The position numbers and the translations under genes are program-made. The notes beneath the pieces are model-generated. The model made no database searches, had not been told where the DNA came from, and saw only the letters and a list, made by a program, of their open reading frames with translations. From positions 248,001 to 312,000 of the forward strand of contig JAMDHS010000010.1 of the NCBI GenBank assembly GCA_029717555.1: DNA of 64,000 nucleotides, read 5' to 3'. The stretch's first letter is position 1; each line of letters opens with the position of its first letter. This stretch comes from Peribolospora baueri. Lineage: Eukaryota. This document shows positions 53,979 through 64,000 of this stretch, one piece after another.

Positions 53979-54022
<44 letters not shown>

Positions 54023-54949
54023 AGTTGAGGATGGAGGGAAGAATAGGATATGTGACCGGCCGTGCCTTGACCGACCGCACGATCGTCCGGAGAAGGAAGG
54101 GGACATGGGAGGATCGCCGGCTTGGCTGCGCTCACCGGAAGAATGCATGATCATGGCGAGGTCGTCTTCGCCACGATGGACAAACTTGGGCAGGTACTCG
54201 AACTCGTCCTCCTCCTTGCCTTGAGGGCCAAACTGGGGGTAGAGAGTCTCGAAGCGGGGCGCCTGCATGACGTTGATACGCACGCTGCCCGCGTCCTTGC
54301 CCTCGCTCGTCAACTGGCGCGCCCACTCCTCCTCCACGGCTCGCACGGTGTTCGTCATGGCGTCCCCACCTCCGGTCACGATGTCCCTCGTTCCTGTCTT
54401 CCTGAGCAGGTGGACGATGGCCAAGACCGAGTTACGGGTGGAGATGGGGAAGGAGACATGCCCGGCTCGCATGATGGCGTGGTTGATAGTGGTGTAGGTA
54501 AAGTTGTCGATGGCGGCCAAGATGGCCACGTTCTTGGCCTCGGCAACCGACGTAACGGGGTCCTTCTGGCCGAGCTGGTTGAGGATGGCTCGAGCGCCGC
54601 GATGGATGGCGCGATTGTACTCGGCATACGTCACCTTGCCCCGTCGATCCTCTCCGGGCGCTTCTTGGACGTTCAACGGGGGCTCCCAAACGGCCACGAG
54701 ATGGTCCTTGCTCTTCTCAGCATGGTGCTCTATCATCTCTGGGATGTTCAGCGTACCGTCCACGGCGGGTGGCGTCCAGGTCTTGTTCTCAGGCGAGACG
54801 CCCTGCGGGTTGGTCATCCGGAGCGGCAGGCCCGTGTCCTTCACGGGGTGACCACCCGCTCGCAGGTAAATTTCTCCGGCGTGTTCCTCTTTCGACGGAG
54901 TAGGCGCCGCCTGTCCGGCTGGATTGGGAGGTGCAGTTGCTGTAGACAT
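50495..54949 (-). CDS. NRPS-like A-T-R carboxylic acid reductase, multi-exon
   Basis: A domain: FPISTRNS, HSS|GSTAFPKPI, FGGGPL, YGATE, GRLDDQIMLSTGEK|TNPGPIE. T domain: DLFLNGVD|SLQAT. R domain: ILTGSTGGLGSHLL, IIHNAWRLDFN, GYGEGK, RIGQLSG. Confidence 0.93.
53979..54021. repeat. 43-nt G homopolymer (poly-C in the intron of the reductase gene)
   Basis: Direct count; lies just upstream of the CAG acceptor on the minus strand. Confidence 0.9.
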
Positions 54950-56036
54950 GGTAGCCAAGGGATTCCTTGAGGTGAGTGGTAGAGCGCGGGCAGTGTTGGG
55001 GGGGGGGGATCAGTCATTTATAATGGCGAGCGCAAATGGCTGCCGCCGTCCCGTCCGGGCGGATTTGTATGGGCTTCGCCTGTTGAGTCAAATTTTACTT
55101 GTCGTCGCTCTGACGAGGCACATACCGGATTAAGCGTTTCCCAGAAATGGACATACAGGGCGGTGTACTGTATGTTCAATCGAAGTGGTTGCCGGCGTCT
55201 TCTTACCCAGCGCCGCTTGAGATCACGGAGCGGCGATGTGTAATCGTCGTCGTCCGACATGGGGTGTCGGATTTCCGTTCAGATCGTCCAACGTGCCCCG
55301 TCTGACAAGGTCCAAGTCGTCGTCGGTCGTCGGACCGATCAGCCCTCTCCGCCGCTACAGTGCAGAGTGGCCTATATCACAGCCCTTTTCATCATAATTG
55401 CCAGCCGACTACAGAGAGGGTGTGTCGGTCAAAACCAAAAGGGTAAACAGCGAGAGCGTCCAGCTGCACAGCGAACTCCATCAGCTCACTGCAGACCCGG
55501 AAGACCGCAAGGTATCCCTCATCTTGATCCCAGCCCGGAGCACTGTGCGACCGGGCGAAGCGACTCACCAGTAGCAAGAGGATCACCGTAGACGCTACCC
55601 ACCTCGAGGACCTTTACCTCATGTCCTCCCGCCTGTTCAGCGTCATTGGCACGCAGATCAGGCTTGTGGAGCAACTCTTCGCGTCCGTGGCCGCGCTGAG
55701 GGAGGAACTGTGACAGCTGCAAGACGAGAAGGCACGGACGCTCGAAGGATATGAGCACTTGTACAGTCAGATTAGGGCTAGCTTGCTTCCTTCCCTACCC
55801 TCGCCCGAGGTCGACCTTATCAGTGCACACATCTGCCCCTATCGTCCCTTCTCCGACCTCGCATCTCCGACCCTGTCCACTGAACACACGTTTTCGCAGC
55901 AGCCCTCTTCCCACGATTAGCATGCCACTTAGCCCCTTTAGGTCGCACTTCGGCCTGTACTTATGTACTTTAAACAGAATCAATCAATCGATCGATCGAT
56001 GCCTCGTCGTTCGCCTCCAACTGTCCTTCCAAAGCC

Positions 56037-58090
56037 ATGTCTTCATCCGATTCAGCTGCCTTCGACTTGAAGGCGGAGGCACACCGCCACAGCCTTGGCG
56101 AGTCCTCGCGCTTCGACGAGGCCCTTGCTGCCAAGCTCGATCTTGAGGATTCTCTGCAGGCTCTCAGGTCCGAGTTCCGCTTTCCCTCGAAAGCGACAGT
56201 CGGGGTCAAAGGCAAGTGTTGCGCAAGTTCGCCCATTCTCGGGCCAGCATCCCAGGACTGACGTATTGTATGAAGGTCTGGATACAACAGATGTGCCCCA
56301 CTCGGAGCCTTCCGTATACATGTGCGGCAACTCGCTGGGCCTGCAGTCGCGGCGATCGGCCGAGCTTGTTCGAGAGGAGCTGGATGTATGGGCCACCCGG
56401 TACGTTTATGAATGTGATCACCAAGCTTGGTTGCTCTTAAATACCTGCTACGGCCTCCATTGTAATTTGCACGATCGGTTCTTTTTTGTCGATCTTACAG
56501 AGGAGTCCTTGGTCATTTTGACCACCCGCACGGCCGACCGTGGGCGCGAATCGAAGAGAAAGTCGTGGAGACGATGGCAGACCTCGTCGGTGAGCAAAAA
56601 AAAAGAAAAAAAACATGCACTCAGGTGGAATTTAGCTTTTAATTCATTTATCCTTTTTTACTGCCAGGCGCCAAACCATCCGAAGTCATCGCGATGGCGA
56701 CCCTCACGCAGAATTTGCATACTATGCTGCATACGTTCTACAGGCCTACGGTTCAAAGGCACAAGATCATGTTCGAAGAAAAGGCCTTTCCGAGCGATCA
56801 GGTGAGCACTCTAAGCACATGTCAGAGATGATGGGCCTGTTATCAACAAAAGCGCTGTGATCCGAGCCAGCTAATGTTTTTGATATTGCACCTGGGTCCG
56901 CCCACTAGTACGCCATAGCATCTCAAATTGCCCTCCGTTCCTCGGAAGCTCTCCCCTTATCCCCTTCCACGTCATTGAAGCCCATCGCTCCGCGCAAAGA
57001 CGAGCGGACACTCCGAACGGAGGACATACTACAGGAGCTAGAGCGCTCCGGAAACGAAATCGCGCTGCTGTTGCTGAGCGGCGTGCAATATTACACTGGC
57101 CAGTTGTTTGACATAGAGAAGATTACATCAAAGGCGAAGGAGATGGTGAGTGCGCTGTCGTCAGCTCCGAAGGAAGCTTGTGAGCTCATTTGTCCGGTAT
57201 TCGTATGAGACTCTCAGGGAGTGATAGTTGGTTGGGACTTAGCCCACGCAGCTGCCAACGTCCCGCTCGCCCTGCACGATTGGAACGTCGACTTTGCGGT
57301 GTGGTGCACATACAAATACCTCAACTCTGGGCCAGGAGGTATTGCTGGAGCCTTCGTGCACGAACGATGGGGCAACAAGGCAGATGAAGTCATCAGGCCG
57401 GCCGGTTGGTGGGGACATGACCGCTCTACACGGTTCGCCATGCCCGATACCTTCCAACCTCTTCCAGGAGCTGCAGGCTTCCAAGTCTCCAACCCGTCCG
57501 TCCTCGACATGGTGTCTTTGCTCGGTAGTTTGGAGACGTTTGCTAGAGTGGACTCTCTGGCGGCCCGGGTGGAGACACCGCAATCGACGCCGGGACGCAT
57601 CGGATACGGCAAGATCATGCCACGACTGCGGGCCAAGAGCCGGAGGTTGACGGCATACCTCGAAGCGCTTCTGACGTCTCCCGAGTTCATGACGGGAGAA
57701 AAGCGACCGCTTCCTGTGGCGATCATAACACCCTTAAACCCGGACGAGCGCGGAGCTCAGCTGTCCATCCTCATCAGAGACGATGGGCTAACGGGACCAT
57801 CCATGTCCGATGCCGCTGATCAGGTGACGGGAAGCCACGAGGAGCATGCAGGCGGCGACGTACCCGAGCCTTGCCGCCCCATGACGCTGGTCGCCCGCGT
57901 GAACAGGCGTCTCCAGGCTCGAGGCATCGTCGGAGACGTGCGCAACCCTGACATGCTGCGCTTGGCGCCTGCTCCTCTTTACAACTCATTTCTAGATGTG
58001 TGGAAGACGGCGTTTGGCCTTCGGGAGGCCCTTCGTGCCGAGGTTGACAGTGATGGATGGGAAGAATCGGTTGGCAATCTAAGGATCTAG
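56037..58090 (+). CDS. BNA5: Kynureninase (PLP-dependent), multi-exon
   Basis: [64 protein letters not shown]. Confidence 0.97.
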
Positions 58091-58711
58091 ACCTTTTATT
58101 GTCCTTGTTCCCCGGTCTCTTGACAGAATTGGAAGTAGAGCGTTGGAGAAGCTGGAATGCAGGAATGATACAGAGCAGATCCTTCTCAGTTTGCCGAAAG
58201 ACGGTTCCCATCAGTAGACCTTGCTCTACGCACGAGACGCTCGAGGCTACGATCCAAAGGTGACTGAGAGGGAAGAGAGGAGAGAAAGGATCGTGTGTCG
58301 GGTGCGATACCGCCCGCAGGCAAGCAAGAAATCGAGCACCCGGAAGGTCATGGAGACGCGACCGCTCGCCACCTCGATTCCAACACCCCATAGCAGCCGC
58401 GATCAACCTAATGTACAATACTCGGATAGGTACCCTCCGTCGAGCTCACTCGCCCGAGCTCGGAGGTTGCACGGTAGAAACACACGTCCATGCCTTTCGC
58501 TCCTGGGTTCGGTACCTGGCGCGAAAGGAAGGAAGGAAGAAGGGAGGAAGGGAGGAAGGAAGGAAGGAAAGGAGACTGGGTTTCCACAGGGAGGACAGAT
58601 GTGATAGATATGTAGGCAAGAACGGTAAAAAAAACAAGAGTATGTTCTTGACCGACAAGAAACAAAACGGCAGCGAGGGTGGGAAGGACGAAACGAATCC
58701 GACGAATCCCG

Positions 58712-60119
58712 TTAAGGGTCCTTCGGCGTACCATGGTCGATCAGTATCTTAGCCTGAAGCGAGGTCGGTGGGGGTGAGAAAAAAGAGGCGAGTTTGATGC
58801 GCATAAGGAAGATAGGCGATGTGAGAAAAAGAAAAGACACCAAACCACATCATGAGCTCAACGTCAGGATTGAACTGGCTCGACATTTTCAAGCAGTTCG
58901 AATGGGGTCTGAATCTGTACCCGAGTTGAGGGAGAGGGGAAGAAGATGAAGCGCAATCATGCAGAAAAAGCTCTACTCACCTGGCCCTCCTCATCGCTCT
59001 CCCACTCGGTCCCAACGGCGGCGGGCTCTCCTCCCTCTCTACGCCCAGACTGACGGAAGGGCTCCCAGGCCCACCGCCAGCGCCGGGCGTATGTCCTGCA
59101 GGTCCCCCTGCAGATGCGGCTGCGGAGCCATTGAGGAAAGCGGGGGAGGATGCGTCTGCACCTTCGCCTGCGTCGACTTGACCCGTCAGAGAAGGGTCCT
59201 CGAGGACGGATTGAGTTGGATCTGCGCAAAAGCTGTAGTACTCCTCACTGCCCTTGTCCACCATGAACCTTAGGGTGCACGCGGTCGGCAAAGGGCAGGA
59301 CAAGAGGGAGTTATGGATAAGGAACGATCGAAGAAGGTGCAAGATGAGTGAACGGGCGCGGTTTGAAAATCCTGTGATATGGGTGCGATGCAGAGCATTT
59401 GAGAGAATGGAAAGGATGGGAGGACATACATTCCAGTTGCGGTATCCCACTGCGGACCCCGTTGTTTCCGTGCCCAAATGAGTAGAGAGTTCCTGGAAGT
59501 CCATGGGAGGCGCGAGAAGGGGTGAGAGCGGAAGGGAGAGAGTAAAACGGACGACGAAGACGTAGACAACCCATGTGGATGAGCTGACCATCTCTGCGCG
59601 TAACGAGGCTAACTAACTCTGCATCTCTTCACACCTCACTCCCTGTCCTCCACGAACTCACCACTCCGCCGCACTAGTCGCCGCCCTCATCTTTACATCG
59701 TACTCCATGACACCGTCGCCTCCGCCTCCTCCCTTGGGCGTGCCACTCCCCGGTCCTGCCGAAACCATTCCTGACCCTGGCCCTGATCCAGCGCCGGAGC
59801 TGGCTAACGAGGTGGCACCACCTCCTGTTGCCGCACCGTTCGCAGCGGCATCCGCACTGTCCAAGCCGAGCGGTGTCGAAGAAGCGGCCGCGGTGGATTG
59901 GGATTGCGACGCCGGGGCTGACGTTTGCGCTGCGACGAGAACGGCGTTGGAGGGAGAAGGCGAACCGTGGTTCGTTGCCGAGGCGGCAAGCTTGGCAGCT
60001 TGGTGATGGTTATAGCTGTGGCTGTGATTGTGATGGAGGTGGTGTTGGAGCGGAGCGACGGGTTCGACCTTTGGCACACGCAGCACGATGTTGCGTTTCG
60101 GTCTTCGAGCCGGCGCCAT
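58712..60119 (-). CDS. Hypothetical low-complexity protein, multi-exon
   Basis: MAPARRPKR…His/Gly-rich exon, GTGAG donors, inferred terminal exons RFRPHSNCLKMSSQFNPDVELM and AKILIDHGTPKDP*; no family recognised. Confidence 0.55.
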
Positions 60120-60995
60120 TACGTACAATACGCTAGCGAGATTCTATCCTATCGGCCGTGCACAAGGGGAGTAACCGGGCGCGGTCGGGTCGCGCAAGCA
60201 GGCGAAAATGAGCGGTGCGCAGGCGGGCGCTGGCGCCTGAGGAGCGTAAAGCGTTTGCTCGAGATGGACGGCTGAGAAATGCGAGAGACGTGCGTACGCG
60301 GCGATCCACGCGCGGCACCGGTCGGAGCGTAACAACGTGGAAAAAGGTTCCCTCCTGGAGACGTGGACGAGCAGGACAAGGCGTTCGTAACTCGCGTCGC
60401 CGCGGAGCGAGCCGCAGCCGTCAGCCCCGCCAGAGCCGCTTAGCGCCGTCGACGTCAACGAAGGATAACTTGCACGCACGTGACGTCATTCGGCTCGAGC
60501 CTCCATTGCGAGGGGGCGAGTGGCATGCTCGCCGGCCAACGAGTCCCATCCTTCCCCGTCCATCGACACGCGCAGTAATCAAGTTGGTTGCGAATGGACA
60601 CACGAGCCAGGCTCCACCTTGCGCTTGTGGCGCAGGAATCGATGTGAGAGCGAGCGAGCGATTCGGGCAGCTGCCAGGTTGCACGGGGAAGGAAGTAACC
60701 GGGGTATGGCCGGGGTCTAGCACCGCTCAAATAAATGCATGTCTTGGACGGGCCACTGCAGAATAATGTGGACGAGCGTCCGCGCATCGCGCTTCCCCTT
60801 TGAGTAGAGCAGGCGACCTTATCAGTCGAGCGCAGCCGGTCGATAACCGAGTTGCTACATTCATTATATAGAGCCGGCCCGCTTTGCTCCAGAGGCAAGT
60901 CTCTACACCCCGGCCGTCGTGACGAATACCAACGACCCGTACTTACCCTTGTCCGCACTCCCTTGACTTCGATTCGGACAAGGACAGGTGTGACC

Positions 60996-62335
60996 ATGAC
61001 CACGACACAAACGGAGGATCGTCCCCGTCCACTCCCTGGACGCGGGTCGTCTCGCTGCTCTCCTACGCGCTCGAGAATCTCCAAGCGCAGGGCGGAGGTG
61101 GTGAGGATGAAGAGATAGCGAGGGTGAAAGCTGTGTATGCGGTGGCCCGGGCGACCTCGCCGCCGACACCGAGCCATACGCGGCGAGGATGAGCGAACCG
61201 GCGCCTCAGTAGTTGACTGTGAGTTTAGGCAAAGCGGAGAGGGACGGAGGGAGCGAGCGCGTGCTGACGACCTTCGTCCCCGTCTCCCGTCTCCCGACTC
61301 GGACAGGACCAGGTTCAGAAGACGGCTCTCCACGATTGGGAAGGTGCCCGAGCAAGGGGCGAGATTTCGGGAACGATCAGCGCCGTGCAGTGCGCCGGTG
61401 CGTACGAGGGTCTTATCGTCGCCAAATTGGCCGAGGTGAGCAACAAACACGTCCACGCGGCGACGGCCGAGGCTTGGCTCACTTTTCCATTTCACCGTGT
61501 CTCCTCGTCGTCGTCGTCGCTGCCGCCGCCGCCGTCGTCTCTCCCTCTCGTCCCAGATGTGCCGGGCTCGAAGGGTGCTCGAAATCGACATGTTCTCCGG
61601 GTGAGGAGAGAGTGTGGCGTGTTTCGCAAAAAACTTGACCTATCCTCTCCGACTGCGCCAGCCTTCCATGCATTCCCCCTGAGGACGCTGATGGTTGGAT
61701 GATGCGTTTGCTCAGCACGACGACGATGGCCATGGCGAAAGCGCCCGCCGTGGAGCACGTCACCTACCTTGACGTAGAGCCACACGTGAGCCGTGTTGAA
61801 CGAGACGGACATGGTCTTCTGCCCTGGCTGCAGAGTGTCATGAATCTGTTTTTTTTTCCTTTACCCACCCGCCATTTCGTTCTCGGACCCCCACAACGAG
61901 CAGTTCGAGTCGTTCAACCGGCCCGCTTGGAAAGCGGCTGGCGTGTCGTCCAAGATCCGCACGGTCTACGGCCCCGCGCAGGTCTCGCTCCCACAGCTCT
62001 CCGACCAAGGCGAGACGTTCGACTTTATCTTCCTCGACGCCGACAAGCCAGTCTACTGGCAATACTACGACACGTGCATCTCGCGCCGGCTCTTGGCGTA
62101 CCCGCATGGCGTGATGGCGGTCGACAATGTGCTCTTCAGAGAACACGACACGGCGGCCAGGGGATTGGATGAAGGGATGAGCGACGACGTGCGCCAGACT
62201 GAGCGCGTCGTCAAGCTCGTGGCGGCGGTGACCCACTTTAATCGTCGGGTGAGGGAGGACGCGAGGATGGAGGTGATGACGTTGGGTCAGGGACGGGATC
62301 AGCCTCATCACTTGGGAAAAAAAAATAAAAAATAA
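60996..62335 (+). pseudogene. MysB/CCoAOMT-type O-methyltransferase pseudogene
   Basis: PSTPWTRVVSLL, DLAADTEPYA, KTALHDW, YEGLIV, RRVLEIDMFSG, FDFIFLDADK, VDNVLF, VRDGISLI; in-frame TAG at 61210-61212 and three apparent frameshifts. Confidence 0.85.
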
Positions 62336-62374
62336 AAAATAAAAAATAAAAAATAAAAAATAAAATAAAAAAAT
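62317..62374. repeat. (AAAAAAT)n A-rich microsatellite
   Basis: Direct reading at the 3' end of the methyltransferase pseudogene. Confidence 0.9.
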
Positions 62375-62852
62375 GCGGGGCGCAGACGTGCCCGTACGGC
62401 AGAGCTCGGATGGGAGGTATCGCCGACGTTCAAGGGTGCGCTCACCCTCTGTCCCTCTGTCATGGACGAAGGGCAAAGGGGTTCAAGGTGGCTTACCGCC
62501 TCATCAGATTAGGATTCCAGGATTTCGCCGAGCGAGCGGCTAGGGACACACGTCTCAATTCACATCGCCAAGGGTGCAAGAGACGGATCGCAGTCATCAC
62601 ATCATCGAAAAACGTATGCGTCTAGCGGGATATATGTGCTTGTCGGACATAGTGGTCGTAAACCGTCGGGAGAGTCGTTTACACGCGAACGGAGGCTGAG
62701 CGACATGACGGCGGAAGGACGTACCTACTCCTCTAGGTTCCTGTATACCTCGATCTTGGGAAGATAAACCTTGGATCGTGGCGAGCGGAGTGTAGACGAG
62801 ACGTGGTGATCGAAACTGGGGGGATAATTCGAACACCGGTTCGATCGACACC

Positions 62853-64000
62853 TCAAAGCGCTTTCGTCGTCGTCCCCTGGATGCCCCGCTTCGCCTCCCA
62901 GGCCTCGCGCCAAGCGAGCCACTCGGCGTTCCGCCCGCCGTCGGACCAGATGTCCCAGCTGTCCTTGATTCTAAGCTCCTGGGCTATCGGATGGAGCAGG
63001 ATCAGGGTGCGCAGCGGGATCTGTCGAGTGGCCACCGTCGCCGTCGCCGGCGGCGCAGGATCTCCATCCACGTCGTCGTCCACCTTCTCGGAAGGGCTGT
63101 GTCGTCGCCTCCGCGTGCCCGTCGCTGAGCCGTCGCCGTCCGCATTGTCTCCATGGGGCGTCTTCGTCCTCGACGTCTTCGAGCGGGTCGATCGGGCGGG
63201 CGAGTCGGAGCGTCCCGTCTCCGTCGCAGCGATAGGGGACGGAGAGCGAGGCGGGGAAAGCACGTTGACGAGAGGGGACGGCAAAGGGAGAGGCCGCTTG
63301 GGAAGCGCCTCGGTGATGAAGTAGTACGCGCCGCCGATGAGCACGCCGATCAGGGCGCCTACGAGTACCTGAGGGATGGTGTGGTACGTCAAATAGATCC
63401 TGTACGGGGATCGAAGGAGGACGTGAAGGAACAGTAGTTAGCTGGGCATCCAGAGTCAAGATGCCGGAATAGATGGACGATCGAGACGGGGCCCGAGTGG
63501 ACACCGACCTCGAATAGCACACCACAGCGCTCGAGCTGGCGACGAACAGCATGGCCAAGCGGTGCTCCCACCTCCGCACGGAGCCGTCCTCGGCGGTGGG
63601 TTGGTTATGAAGGTAATGGAGGATGAAGAAAGCAAAGAAGAAGCCAAAGAACTGGGCGTGAGAAGACGGCATCCCGTAGCCCGGGCCGAGGTGGTCTTTT
63701 TGTCAGACAAAGCAAGTGGGGAAAAAGAGGTATGAGGCAGGGGGGAAGTAGTGCGCAAGGAGGATGGAACGATGGATGAGCCGGGTCGGGTTGGGCAGCC
63801 GGCGTTTGCTCGCTCGCTCGTCACGAACGGCTGGGAGCGACGACTCACTCGTAGGCCTCTGCTGCTTGAACAGCCTCTTCAACACCTCGTTCACCACCTC
63901 GCACCCCACCTGCCCTACGAACGCGTTGATGATGGTGAGCTCCCGCCGGTAGAGGATGAGCGTTGCGTAGGTGGAAAGAACTACGAAGGGAGCGAGCGTG
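62853..64000 (-). CDS. CAX4: Dolichyl pyrophosphate phosphatase (PAP2 family); 5' end lies beyond the window
   Basis: RRELTIINAFVGQ, LKRLFKQQRP, GYGMPSSHAQF, YSR|IYLTYHT, RIKDSWDIWSDGG. Confidence 0.9.

Overview
Intron-rich, GC-rich fungal DNA of basidiomycete type (GTGAG/GTAAG...CAG introns); the species cannot be identified from the sequence alone. Two arms of conserved genes flank a ~15 kb transposon and gene-fragment island. The left arm carries PEX7, a hypothetical gene, an alpha/beta-hydrolase-fold gene, SWD1, acyl-CoA oxidase, mitochondrial uL11 and AP-3 mu. The island (~19.9-35 kb) holds two unrelated Ty3/Gypsy relics, a 170-bp solo LTR with a TCATG target-site duplication, an intron-containing internal LYS1 fragment and a decayed Ty1/Copia element. 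That Copia element has non-canonical AG...CT LTR termini and an internal ~245-bp inversion. The right arm carries an LRR protein, NDUFA7-like, a secreted orphan, PET117, ATP4, a dipeptidyl aminopeptidase, an ADIP/Msd1-like gene, an A-T-R NRPS-like reductase head-to-head with kynureninase, an orphan, a MysB-like O-methyltransferase pseudogene and a partial dolichyl-pyrophosphate phosphatase. Gene coordinates span introns and were read by eye; family assignments come from motif recognition, not database searches.
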